A DNA stretch of 64,000 nt. Origin: Eutreptiella sp. 'Long Island Sound 2002'. Lineage: Eukaryota > Protista > Euglenida. Made by a program: the position numbers and the translations under genes. Below the pieces are notes generated by a model. That model ran no database searches and was not told the DNA's origin. It saw nothing but the letters and a program-made list of their open reading frames with translations. Positions 23,950 to 36,916 of the stretch are shown here, piece by piece. The stretch's first letter is position 1. The number at the start of each line of letters is the position of its first letter. Where the stretch lies: assembly GCA_964036045.1 (NCBI GenBank), contig OZ038379.1, forward strand, positions 68,448,001 through 68,512,000, written 5' to 3'.

Positions 23950-25400
23950 TCGGCATCCATACCAGCATGCAAAGGTTCAAAAGCTGTCTATCACGTTGAG
24001 AGACGGCCTCCTACCACATTTGACCTATTTTTTTTTGTATTCACAGGCCCCTACCCACATTATGCCCTCTACGTGACATCCCACCAATGAGGTACTCGGC
24101 TATCATCAATGGTTTCGTTGTTCACCACCACTTGCATCGCCAACATTCGCCGGAGGAAATTAGGGCCCTGTTGTTGCAAAATATGCGCATTAGCCTCCTG
24201 TGAGTCCCCTTCATTGTGAAGGAGGAGAACTTGGACAAGATTCTCCACTTCTTTGCAAATCAATGCATGTGGTCCATCCAAAGGTGCGTCCACAAATCTT
24301 TGCCCCAATTGAGGTAATTCTGGGTTTTGCCCATGGTCAAACTAGAGTTGTGCAGCCTGCTCACGTCGCCAAGAATGTGCCAACACGCCGCCAACACGGA
24401 TACCAGCAGACTGCCAAGCGAACACCCTGATTTTTTCACAATGCTCGCACCATGTGGGAAAAACAATCTCCCAACTTTTCCCTCCCAATCAAAGCCATTG
24501 CACACTAAGGTACAGAAGGCAGGCAACAATGGCCTTCTCTCACGCCTAATTTGGTGAAACATACCGCAGCAGCACACTGCAGCCTCACCTAACCTTTCTT
24601 GTTTGCGTTCTATTTTTTGAACAAGGAACGGGTGCAAGTGTTTGCAGCACACCATGCCTCATCTGAAATCGACTGCAAATGGGTTGGGCAACCGTGGCGA
24701 TTGCCTTCCCAATCACCTGGGCAGGGAGTACACGTGTCTCATTCTGCCACACAACAAAATATTGAGGACCCCATGCAGTCCAAAATTAAACACGTGAATG
24801 CCTATTGTAACGGGGCAATAAAATGCCGATATAGACACTGCCATTGGCCATTCAGTGTCATTTACCTCTACAGCATAAACGGTTGCAAGGCAAAGAGCAT
24901 GATTTCTCGAGCACACCAAGCACACGTTCAACCCTGGCGCTTCCGCCTAAAAATTTTGGCACCCTGCCATCAGCACTTGTGCCATCCTATGGGCACATCG
25001 GGAAAAAAAGCGACCGGCTCTTAGTCGCACCCTTGGTGTGAAAACTTATGTTTGCGGGGAGGGTAACTCCTCTTTGGAGAGTCGTGGCTGTTTGAGACGA
25101 CCAATTGAGAGGCTGCATATAGTGTCTTCCAATGCTTGCTGCCACCAATCAACCACCAACTAGACAACCAATTGGGGCTTGTAGTGCAAACCAACGTGCC
25201 CTGCAAAAAGGAGGCTTCAACCCTTGCTTCGCCATCCACAATCATGGATAGCCGATTGAGCTCCCGCTCTCCAAGCTGCCTGATGTTGGTTGGCTCGGGA
25301 GGGCACCAATTGTAGACGTGCTGCACCAGCTCGGGGAGGGAGCATGCATCCCATGGAGAGATGCATCGTACTGTGATCCATTGTATGTACATGCGGCTCA
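23950..25400 (-). pseudogene. Remnant of another RAG1/Transib-like transposase
   Basis: FGLHGVLNI (~24770); HLWMDH (HxxxxH, 24269-86); ILSKFSSFTM[K]GTHRRL, matching the catalytic-E helix with probable E>K. Confidence 0.5.
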
Positions 25401-25609
25401 CTTGCAAATGTCAATTTGGGGCTCAGTTGGGGCTAAAACGGCTCATTTGGGGCTAAGTGGTGTTTTTCAAGGGGTTTCATGTGAAAATTTTTGGCTTTCG
25501 AGGGGGGGGGTGTGGTTTAGGGGTGTCACCAAAGGGATCCCAATCCCTAGTCCAAGGAGATTGGACCAGGGGGTTTTTTCTTCGACGGATTAGTTGACTA
25601 AGCACCCCG

Positions 25610-25715
25610 ACTGAGCCGTCACTGAGCCGTCACTGAGCCGGCTCACTTACCTCTCACTAAGCTCTCACTTAGCTCTCACTGAGCGCGCCAAATGGCTCAC
25701 TGAGCGCTCACTGAG
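25610..25715. repeat. ~11-bp minisatellite (ctcactgagc-type)
   Basis: ctgagccgtca x3, then gctctcacta/tt variants. Confidence 0.75.
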
Positions 25716-25859
25716 AGCGAATTAGGGGCACAATCAGGGCCCACTCAGGAGTTTCACCCCCTTTCCGCCCTCTCTTCCCAACCTTGCCGGCCCACACTTC
25801 ACCCTTTTCATGCCAACATCGGTCCGCAGTTGTCACCATGTCTTTTCTCTAAGAACTTG

Positions 25860-27240
25860 AGCGTGCTTGCACACATACATACTTGCATACATGTACCCAC
25901 CGTGACAAACATAAAAACATCCAAACACACACACTTCGTGAGGGACACAAATATCCCAACACATACACACACATACACCCATACACACGTCCACACACAC
26001 ATGCACATGCACAAATTGACAACCACATTAATTCTTGTGTGCAATTATCTTGCGTGCACATAAACACATGGCCACATTGAACCATGCGAAGTGAAGGGCT
26101 AGGAAGAGATGGTTACGGGGTTGGGGTTCCGGGATATGAACCTAGCCATTTGCGAGGGTGTTCCCTGTTGCCTTATGACAATGGCACCGACCCCCACAGA
26201 CACACTCAGGCGCGCGTGCCATGAAGCACAAATAGGGCACAGAGGATATTGCTCGCTTTTGTGAGGTTCATCATACAACCATCTTGACCTACACCATGAC
26301 ACATTCAGTCCCCTCCCTCCTTATCCCCACCCCTCCCCTTTTGCCATGCCGCGCCTCCCCGCTTACCCCATGCGAACCCCTTCTGTTATGTTGCCTGTAC
26401 CCTCCCCATGCCCTACCCTTACCATGCCTTTCCTATCTTTTGGCCATGGCATCAAGTGCATGATGGTGGCGGCAATGACGATGACCTTTGCAGGTATGTT
26501 GTGCTATTGCGTGTGTTCATGTGTGTGTGCTTCTGCCCATGCGCATGTGCGCAAGTGTAGATGGTTTGTTCGCTCTTGGCTTAGTGTGTTCGTATGTATG
26601 TTTGTGTGTGAGTCGGGGGGGGGGCTTGCTTGGATCGATGCGTGGGTGAAGGTTCCTTTGTGCGTCAATGTGACTGTGTGACTGCATACTTTGGTTTTTC
26701 GTTGCGCACATTTGTGTGTGTATGTGGATTCGTGAATATGTGTACGTGCAGGTGTGTGTGTGTGTGCCAATGTGTGTGTGTGTGTGTGTGTGTGTGTGTT
26801 GTAGCTTTTGCACCTGTTGTTTTGGATGTTGTTGTTGGTTTTGGTGTTGCATGGCATACGCTTTGATTGTGTGCGCACAACATTGTGTATGTGGCTGCAG
26901 ATGCAGGTATGGTTGTGGTTGTGGTTGCGGCTGTGGTTTTGGGCTTGCGTGAGGTTTTGGCCATGGCCGTTGTGGTAGCTCTGGTTGTGGGTGTGGCTAT
27001 GGTAGTGGCCGTGGTTGCGGCTTTGGGTGTGGGTGTGGGTGTGGGTGTGGGTGTGCGTGTGGGTGTGGGTGTGGGTGCGTTTCTCCAAGCTGTGTTGTGT
27101 GTGGATTTCGTTGTGGTTGGTTCAGTGTGTGTGGCCCTGGCTGTGGTGAAGGCTGCACTAGCAGCTTTCACTGTGGCCGCAGCTGTTCTTTGGGTTCTGG
27201 CTGCAGCTGTTGGGGGGGGGGGGGGTAAAGGACTGCCAAG
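25860..27240. repeat. CA/TG-rich microsatellite region, including (TG)n and (GGTGTG)n
   Basis: (tg)n at 26752-26798; (ggtgtg)n at ~27026-27076. His/Thr-rich ORFs here are artefacts. Confidence 0.85.
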
Positions 27241-29419
27241 AGGGGGGCTCAAATTACCATCAACCCTCTCCAAAAAAAATCGCACCAACGTTACGGTGAC
27301 AGTGTACAGTGACAGTGTGCAATGACAGTGTGCAGTGAGAGCATACAGTGAGTGTAGAGTGACAGTGTAGAGTGCTAGTGTAGAGTCTTGGCCATTGTAG
27401 CGGACACACTGTGTGTGGGGAGACATTCTATGAGACTTTGGGGAGTACAGTGTACATCATATCATGGTAGCGGGTGGTGCAAAGGTATGCCCCCTTTATC
27501 GTTGCCAAAATGGTCATGGTTCGAATCTCGAGGTCATGGAGACACTATTCACCAAGCAAGATCATGCAGTATCCGGGACATGATGTAGACTTTTTCGCTC
27601 CCAGAAACTTCAATGTTAAATGAGCAGAAATCGTGTCTACACAATCGGCTAGTGAATCTACCGTCCCGTCCTTGACCACGCCCGATTCCCATGAGCATCA
27701 GTCAGAATCAGCCATTTTTGGCCTCACGATAGACCACACCACATGTGATTTATTCGTTGATGCTCTACTTCACAAGTTTGACACCGTGTCCAACAAATCT
27801 AACGACGAATATCGTCCACTGCAGGCGGATCTTGAGAATGTCTAGTGTTCATTGGACCATGTGTGCAAGTATTCGTCGCAACAAGAAGGCCGTGTGGCCC
27901 GGAAAAAACCAAATGGATAGAAGCTATGGCCTCCACTAAGGAATCCCACCTAGACGAGGTGCGCACTCTACATAAACGCATTGGTGCCCTTGCATCGGAT
28001 CTCAATGCGGCTCAAGCGGAGGCTCAAAGACTCCAGTCCCTCCAACGAACCCCCTTGGACCTTCTTCTATTCATTGGTATTTTGAGGGTTGTCCACTCCC
28101 ATCTGGACCTACCCTGCGAACCAGCCTTGCGTGCACTCACCAGTGACCTTCCTCGAGGCAAGTACCCGCTGCCTTCATTTTCTTGGCCATTGTTCTTATG
28201 GTTCATCCCCCGTATTGTGGCTATCGCTTTCTGTGTCGGCACCTGGGGACATTGACTGGACACCCCTAGTGCTTTCCATCCGACCGGCAAGGAGAGTCGG
28301 TTTCGAACTCCCAGAGGTTGCACCCTCTACACCCCGCAAACTCTCCTCCAATGCATCTTGTGCCCCCTCCCGCTCCCCTCAAGATTCCTCTCGCCGGCGA
28401 CCCCGGCTTTTGGTGCGCGTCCTAACCATCCCAGCGCCATGGCCAATCCCAAAGAGGCCTATTGCTCCGTATATCATATGAAGGGTCTCGTGTCACCCCG
28501 ACTAGTGCAGCGGCTCTCCAGTGGCACTTGAGTGTTGCAAACAACGCGGTTCGAACCATGACCATTTTGGCAATGATAAAGGGGGCATACCTTTGCATTA
28601 CCCGCTACCATGGTATGATGTACACTGTACTCCCCAAAGTCTCAAAGAATGTCTCCCCACACACAGTGCGTCCGCTACAATGGCCAAGACTCTACACTAG
28701 CACTCTACACTGTCACTCTACACTCGCTGTATGCTCTCACTGTACACTGTCCTTGTACACTGTCACTGTACACTGCAACCGTTGTTGACCCATTGTAGAT
28801 AACCTGCTAGGGATGTGCCCTTGGTGGGGAGGGTGGGGGAAGGAGTGGAGGCATGGAGGACAATCAGCCCCTGCCTATCAGAGGCCCACATTGCTGCAAC
28901 GGGTGTGCAACCACAGAAATTAGCACTTGGTGGTTGTCGAAAGCATAATCAAAATGGGGGAGTATCACGTTCTCCAACCGCCTCAAGCGTTCAAACGACC
29001 AACTTGTGCAACCTATGCAAAGTCCTTAGTACCCGAGTGGAGGACGGGCCTCATGCCGAATGCGAAGCAATTCGCTGGCTGAAGGTTCCGTGTGACTGGA
29101 GGAACAAGGGTTGGGCATAGCCTCCTGGCCCCGAACTCGAGCCTTACGCACCGCAACTCCCTCGGTCCTTGGACTGCGCCTCTGTTCCAGCTCCTGCAAT
29201 GATAATGCCTTGGCGTTTGAAAACTCCTTCATGTACGCCACGTCCCACGGCTGTGCTATGCCTTCTGGAAGAGCACGACAAAATGCACCTTCCAGTCGTA
29301 GAGAACGAGGGCCCCTAACGGAATGCAGCCAACCGTTGACGATGAATTGGTGAAAAGAAATGTCTAGAAAAATCCTAAAAGAGGAAACACAAATGGGCAC
29401 AAATGGGGTGTTGTGGGGT

Positions 29420-30030
29420 GTTTCATTACTGGATAGTCTGCACTCCAATTGGGTGTTTATTTGCCGGATAGTGTGCACTCCTGTGGGGTGTTTCGTTGCC
29501 GCATAGTTTGAAGTTCTACAGGGTGTTTCATTGCCGGATAGTCTACACTTCAATGGGGTGGTTCATTGCCGGATAGTTTGCACCTCAATGGGCTGTTTCA
29601 TCGCCGGATAATTTGCACTCCTGTGGGTTGTTTCATTGCCCCATAGTATGAAGTTATATGGGGTGTTTTATTGCCGGGTAGTCTGCACTTCAATAGGGTG
29701 CTTCATTGCCGGATAGTCTACACTTCTTTGGGGTGTTTCATTGCCGGATAGTTTGCACTCCTGTGGGGTGTTTCATTGCCGGATAGTCTCCTCTGTTGTG
29801 TGGTGTTTCATTGCCGGATAGTCTGCACTCGTGTGGGGTGTCTCCTTGCCGGATAGTCTGAAGTTCTATGGGGTGTTTCATTGCCGGATAGTCTGCACTT
29901 CAATGGGGTGTTTCATTGCCGGATAGTTTGCACTCCTATGGGGTGTTTGGTTGCCGGAAGTCTACAATGTTATGGGGTATTTCATTGCCGGATGGTCCGC
30001 ATCCTATCGGGTGTTTCATTGCCGGATAGT
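29420..30030. repeat. 35-bp minisatellite, about 17 units (left arm)
   Basis: ttcattgccggatagtctgcac.. at 29527, 29562, 29597 and onward. Confidence 0.9.
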
Positions 30031-31579
30031 CTGCAGAATAGGTGCAAGCAACACAGGACCAGATGAGTTAGACATGATTCCACTAAAAACACTACATAAG
30101 AGAGGGGCACGGAGCTTACCCGAGGGGTGAGTCTTTGGTGACGGAAATAGGTGTGCCGGGGTGCAACGTATTGCGGCCCACATTGATAGGGCTGCTACCG
30201 TGGCTTGATGGCAGGATGGGGTTGGGGTTTGGGGTGGGCCATTTGAGTCAAAGTGCGCGTATCCGGGCTCAACCGAAGGCGCCGCCTCACGGGGGTATGG
30301 GCGGGTTGCGGTGGTGGTGGTGGGTGGGGGTGCGATGGCAGCAGCGAAGTCCGCAAGGGCAACAGCGAAGTCTGCTTGTGTGTCAGCACACCGGGCAGTG
30401 TGGTGTGACCCGGTGGCACAGGGACTGCAGGGGCACGGGAGGGTTGCACACGGCGGCGCCCGAGGACCGAGGTGGCGAGGATGAGGCGTGCCCTCTCTAG
30501 ACGACCATCCCGAAAGTGAGGGCGCGAAACCCGCTGCCCAAGTTGCCTATTTGCCTTGTGCATCCCTTTTTGTTCTCTTCTTTCCCCCACCCCCTCCCGT
30601 TTATCCCATCTGCCACGTCTTGTGTTTTGGATCCCGTCCTCCCCGACAGGGTGTCAGAGTGGCAGGTACCCAAGCTGCAGTTCTTGGGTGATGGCCCTCC
30701 CTCTCCATGGGACAGCGACGCTGAGATACCCCCTTCGGAATTAGCTTCCCCGCCACCCACTCTGACCCCCCCTCCCACACCTCCGTCTCGACCACGCTAT
30801 TCCCTCCGACCCAGCCGAAATCCCCCATGACGGTACTCCATCTCGCCACCCACACCTACATCGATGCCACCTCAAGTCTGTGCACCGTCTTACTCCACCC
30901 TACCACCCAAGATCGTAACAGCAGATGCCAAAACGCCCCCCGCCCCCTAGCAAAGGCTACCGACCCCACAACACCCCGCACAGAGCAGTGGGTCACCTAG
31001 GATACTTTGACATTCGGTGGGCGGGATACCAATTCGCTATGCGCCGGAGGGGGTAGGTAGCGCTCTGGCAACTTGGGCAGCGGGTTTCGCGCCCTCACTT
31101 TCGGGATGGTAGTCTAGAGAGGGCACGCCTCATCCTCGCCACCTCGGTCCTCGGGCGCCGCCGTGTGCAACCCTCCTTTGCCCCTACAGTCCCTCTGCCA
31201 CTGGGTCACACTACACTGCCCAGTGTGCTGACACACAAGCAGACTTCGCTGTTGCCCTTGCGGACTTCGCTGCTGCCATCGCACCCCCACCCACCACCAC
31301 CACCGCAACCCGCCCATACCCCTGTGAGGCGGTGCCTTCGGTTGAGCCCGGATACGCGCACTTTGACTCAAATGGCCCACCCCAAACCCAAACCCCATCC
31401 TGCCATCAAGCCACGGTAGCAGCCCTATCAATGTGGGCCGCAATACGTTGCACCGCGGCACACCTATTTCCGTCACTAAAGACTCACCCCTCGGGTAAGC
31501 TCCGTGCCCCTCTTTTCTGTAGTGTTTTTAGTGGAATCATGTCTGACTCATCTGGTCCTGTGTTGCTTGCACCTATTCT

Positions 31580-32190
31580 GCAGACTATCCGGCAATGAAA
31601 CACCCCATAGGATGCGGACCATCCGGCAATGAAATACCCCATAACATTGTAGAGATCCCGCAATCAAACACCCCATAGGAGTGCAAACTATCCGGCAATG
31701 AAACACCCCATTGAAGTGCAGACTATCCGGCAATGAAACACCCCATAGAACTTCAGACTATCCGGCAAGGAGACACCCCACACGAGTGCAGACTATCCGG
31801 CAATGAAACACCACACAACAGAGGAGACTATCCGGCAATGAAAAACCCCATAGGAGTGCAAACTACCCGGCAATGGAACACCCCATAGAAGTGCAGACTA
31901 TCCGGCAATGAAACACCCTATTGAGGTGCAGACTATCTGGCAATGAAACACCCCATAGAACTTCATACTATGGGGCAATGAAACAACCCACAGGAGTGCA
32001 AATTATCCGGCGATGAAACAGCCCATTGAGGTGCAAACTATCCGGCAATGAACCACCCCATTGAAGTGTAGACTATCCGGCAATGAAACACCCTGTAGAA
32101 CTCCAAACTATGCGGCAACGAAACACCCCACAGGAGTGCACACTATCCGGCAAATAAACACCCCATTGGAGTGCAGACTATCCAGTAATG
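31580..32190. repeat. 35-bp minisatellite (right arm, reverse complement)
   Basis: actatccggcaatgaaacacccc repeats. Confidence 0.9.
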
Positions 32191-35100
32191 AAACACCCCA
32201 CAACACCCCATTTGTGCCCATTTGTGTTTCGTCTCTTAGGATTTTTCTAGACATTTCTTTTCACCGATTCATCGTCAACGGTTGGCTGCATTCCGTTAGG
32301 GGCCCTCGTTCTCTACGACTGGAAGGTGCATTTTGTCGTGCTCTTCCAGAAGGCATAGGGCACGGGTGGGACGTGGTGTACATGAAGGAGTTTCCGAACG
32401 CCAAGGCATTATCATTGCAGGAGCTGGAACACAGGCGCAGTCCAAGGACCGGAGGAGTTGCGGTGCGTAAGGCTTGAGTTCGGGGCCAGGAGGCTATGCC
32501 CAACCCTTGTACCTCCAGTCACACGGAACCTTCAGCCAGCGAATTGCTTCGCATTCGGCATGAGGCCCTGGCATCCACTCAGGTACCAAGGACTCTGCAT
32601 AGGTCATAGCCAAGTTGGTCGGTTGAAGGCTTGAGGCGCTTGGAGAACATGGTACTCCCCCATTTTGATTATGCTTTCGGCAACCACCAGGTGCTAATTT
32701 CTGTGGTTGCACACCCGTTGCAGCAATGTGGGCCTCTAATAGGCAGGGGCTGATTGCCCTAACCATCCCAGCGCCATGGCCAAGCCCAAAGAGGCCTATT
32801 GCTCCTTGTATCATATGAAGGGTCTCGTGTCACGCCGACTAGTGCAGCGGCTCTCCAGTGGCACTTGAGTGTTGCAAACAACGCGGTTTGAACCATGACC
32901 ATTTTCGCAATGATAAAGGGGGCATACCTTTGCACCACCCGCTACCATGATATGATGTACCCTGTACTCCTCAAAGTCTCATAGAATGTTTCCCCGCACA
33001 GTGTCCGCTACAATGGCCAAGACTCTACACTAGCACTCTACACTGTCACTCTACACTCACTGTATGCTCTCACTGTACAGTGTCATTGTACACTGTCAGT
33101 GTACACTGTAACCGTTGTGCACCCATGGTAGATAACGTGCTAGGGATGTGCCCTTGGTGGGGAGGGTGGGGGAAGGAGTGGGGGCATGGAGGAGGGATGT
33201 GGGCGCACCAAAAGCCGGGGTCGCCGGCGCCAGGAATCTTGAGGGGAGGGGGAGGGGGCACAAGATGCATTGGAGGAGAGTTTGCGGGGGTAGAGGGTGC
33301 AACCTCTGGGAGTTCGAAACCGACTCTCCTTGCCGGTCGGAGGGAAAGCACTAGGGGTTTCCGGTCAATGTCCCCAGGTGCCGACACAGAAAACGATAGC
33401 CCCAATACGGGGGATGAACCATAAGAACAATGGCCAAGAAAATGAAGGCAGCGGGTACTTGCCTCGAGGAAGGTCGATGGTGAGTGCACGCAAGGCTGGT
33501 TCGCAGGGTAGGTCCAGATGGGAGTGGACAACCCTCAAAATACCAATGAAAAGAAGAAGGTCCAGGGGGGTTCGTTGGAGGGACTGGAGTCTTTGAACCT
33601 CCGCTTGAGCCGCATTGAGATCCGATGCAAGGGCACCAATGCGTTTATGTAGAGTGCGCACCTCGTCTAGGTGGGATTCCTTAGTGGAGGCCATAGCTTC
33701 TATCCATTTGGTTTTTTCCGGGCCACACGGCCTTCTTGTTGCGACGAATACTTGCACACATGGTCCAATGCACACTAGACATTCTCAAGATCCGCCTGCA
33801 GTCGACGATATTCGTCGTTAAATTTGTTGGACACGGTGTCAAACTTGTGAAGTAGAGCATCAACGAATAAATCACATGTGGTGTGGTCTATCGTGAGGCC
33901 AAAAATGGCTGATTCTGATTGATGCTCATGGGAATCAGGCGTGGTCGAGGACGGGACGGTAGATTCACTAGCCGATTGTGTAGACACGATTTCTGCTCAT
34001 TCAACATTGAAGTTTCTGGGAGCAGAAAAGTCTACATCGTTGTCCCGGATACTGCATGATCTTGCTTGGTGAATAGTGTCTCCATAATTGCGAGGGAGTC
34101 ATCAAAATCCCGGGTGGCCGGTTAAGGATGCACACAAAAGGGGCTATGGCCCAGGGTAGTTCAGCAATTCCAACGAGTTCCCTCGACCGGGGGAAGTCGG
34201 ACGGCGGTACGGTGCATGCTTTGTAACAGGCCGTGAGGGTGGATGGGTCGTTGACATTCAATATCAGGGGTTGACGGGGAACTCCGGAGGCGATACCAGT
34301 GCGGACGGCGGAGGATGACCAGGAGAGTAGATCATACCAAAGATCCACTGAAGGGCCGTGACAGGATGCGGGTGTTGTGACAGAAATTTCTTGTGATAGA
34401 TGCCTGAGCATCGGAAGTGCATCGGGAGGCTAGATAAAATCCCACAAACGCCGGACGGATGTTTGCATGACGAAATTGCTGATGGGTTTCATGAGTTGCT
34501 TCTGAACACTTTTGTTATCGCATGTCAAAGCAGAGGCAACGTCGCGCCGCCACATGCGTGCAATGGAACTACGCAGGGTGATGGTGTCCGTGGCTGTATG
34601 TGCGGGCGACCAAGCAGTGAAAAGGGTTGTCACCAATGGATTGTCATGGTCGTGGAGATACTAGAAGAGCCTAGGGCCTGCTGCCATGGCCAGAAGAAGA
34701 AAGTATGAGTTGACCCGAGCACCGTCAAAAATCACAGTAGGTCGTCGTGCGGTGAAGTAAAATTCCGCTGGGGATTAAAACCGCTTCTACAAACGAGACA
34801 AGATGCAAGTGGCCCCGCAGGACACGCTAGCGAAGAGCATCACAGATTCCCGCATCTTTATTGTTCCGCTGCTCACCCAAGGTTGTTGTAGCTTGTGTGA
34901 GGACGTGGGAAGTGTACTGGTCATCCCACCGTTTGAGGAGTGTAACCGCGAGGGGATCAAACGCCAAGGCGGCATGGCTTCCATGGGGAAAAGAAACTGC
35001 GAGAGGTAACGAAGATAGATTGTGTCCATGAGCATGGTGAACGGGTTGAATGTTGTGATGATGTGTTCAAGTGGATATAAAGGGGACCAAAATTAATGAA

Positions 35101-36916
35101 CATTCCTACACGCACAGCGGGGGGTTTGGCACAGAGATTCACAGACAGCGAACATGGGGGTGGGTATTGTACATTCCCGAGGAAGAAGAGACAGGCAATC
35201 CATAAGAAGGACTGGTTAGACTAAAGTACAAGTGAAGGTTATGCCTGTGATCATACAATGGCCTTGGTATGGGGGATCTATCAGCCGGGAGAGCCACAAG
35301 ATGGCTGCCCAGGGGAGTGCGCATAGTGCAGGGATAATAATAAATGGACGGAGTGTGATATGGTGTCACGGCAACGTGGAGTGGCATGACGTCAAATCAT
35401 GGGGGTAGCTTGCTCTGAAGGAGACCTACATCTGCCCTGTTGGGCACACATCGCATGTGGCGGGTGAGTGTTTAGGTTGCCTCCGGCTGAGTGGGCACAA
35501 ATGCACCGTGTGATGAGTGGTGTGGGAGGAGTAAGATAAAACATATGAGGATACAGAGCACGAGTGTGCATGGGAGGGACATCGGGGCATGGTCTTTCGC
35601 GGGTAGGTAATCATCTAAGGAGTTGGAGGCCGCACAGGAGTGCACAACAGACCTCGGGTGTCTGAGGGGGTGCAGTGCAGGAGACAGAATGGTACAAAGC
35701 ACAGCCTACGGCAATATGAAGCACGTGAGCAAGATCTGAAGGTTCCGATGATCGGTTACAGCGAACGCAAACGGGGAGGTGGGCTTCGCAGCAGATTACA
35801 TTGTTAATCACCGCAAATGGAAGTGTATGATCACCAAGTTGCGTCTCCATCCAAAAGCGCAAAGAGAGCTCACGCCGGATCCCAACTCAGGAATAGTTCA
35901 CTCAAGGCAGCAACGGCGGAGCGTCATCAGAAGGACCCTCCTCGTCTCGCAATGTCCATTGAGGGGCTGCAACAATGTCATCAAAATTGGGGACCGGGAA
36001 TAGCACGTCTCTCAGCGACCTCAATAGATGTGCCGCCCCTTGGAAATGGAATTGTTGATTCCCTTGTTGAGACCTAAATCCAAATCCGAGCCCCCGGAGG
36101 TTTGATTGATCGAACCCGGGGGGGGGGGCGGGAGGGCAAGAAAAAAATTTTAACACCGGGTGCGGAATTTGCCTTCGGGAGGCGCCCCCCTAGGGGGGGG
36201 GGGGGGTACCAAACAATGGGTCCTACAGAAAAAACTTTTTTCCCATGTGGCACGTACCACACATAATCACCGTGTTTCCACCAAATAACATGCCCTTGCG
36301 ACTCGTTGGCATTCCTTAGGTTGGCTATTTGGGGTACTAGCCCTTGTCCAACATGCCATTTGCAACATGAAGCCGTCGGTGGCCCCTTCTCCAGGGAATC
36401 CTTCGCAGAACGATGGCACGAACCAGCAAACAACATCCATTGCCGACACGGCTGGAATCTATGTTTAGGGGAAAAAGGCTCCCGAGTACTCCCGGCTACG
36501 CATCGTGTCGTAGCGCTCCAACCTGGCCTCTTGTAGGCGGTAAGAGTCCCCATGCACACTGCATGGGGCAAGAACCCGGGCAAGCAACCGGTGGACCCCA
36601 CATGAGAACAATCGCCCGTCATGGCCGTTCAGTAGGTGCTCCAAATCTGCTGTGGACCCCACGACATCAATCTGCCCACCCGGCCGTTCCACTTTTCTTG
36701 CCACCGTGTACATGTCCATTGCCTTACAGCGCTAGGTGATGGACCCCGCGTGGTTGCGATGGCTCGTCTTGGCCGTTCAACGGGTGCCCCGTGTCCGTTG
36801 TGGACCCCACAACGCTCGTCTTTTCACCTCGCCGTTTCACTTCAAACCATCACACCGTGGACACGCCACAGCGGTGGTGCCAAGGTATGGCACCTGCTCC
36901 ACAATGACTTGCCTTG

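Larger units (their letters stand above)
27536..34085. repeat. 6.5-kb inverted duplication; arms 27536-30547 and 31067-34085; 519-bp spacer
   Basis: Paired near-identical ORFs on opposite strands (27633+/33775-, 27845+/33365-, 29026-/32061+, 30135+/31114-). Inner ends aagttgcc/ggcaactt. Confidence 0.95.

Noticed and set aside
26504-27426. His/Thr-rich ORFs of 194 and 253 aa
   Set aside because: They are translations of CA/TG microsatellites.
29420-32190. 35-bp repeats as CRISPR or as a repeat protein
   Set aside because: The units are contiguous without spacers, and the period is not a multiple of 3.
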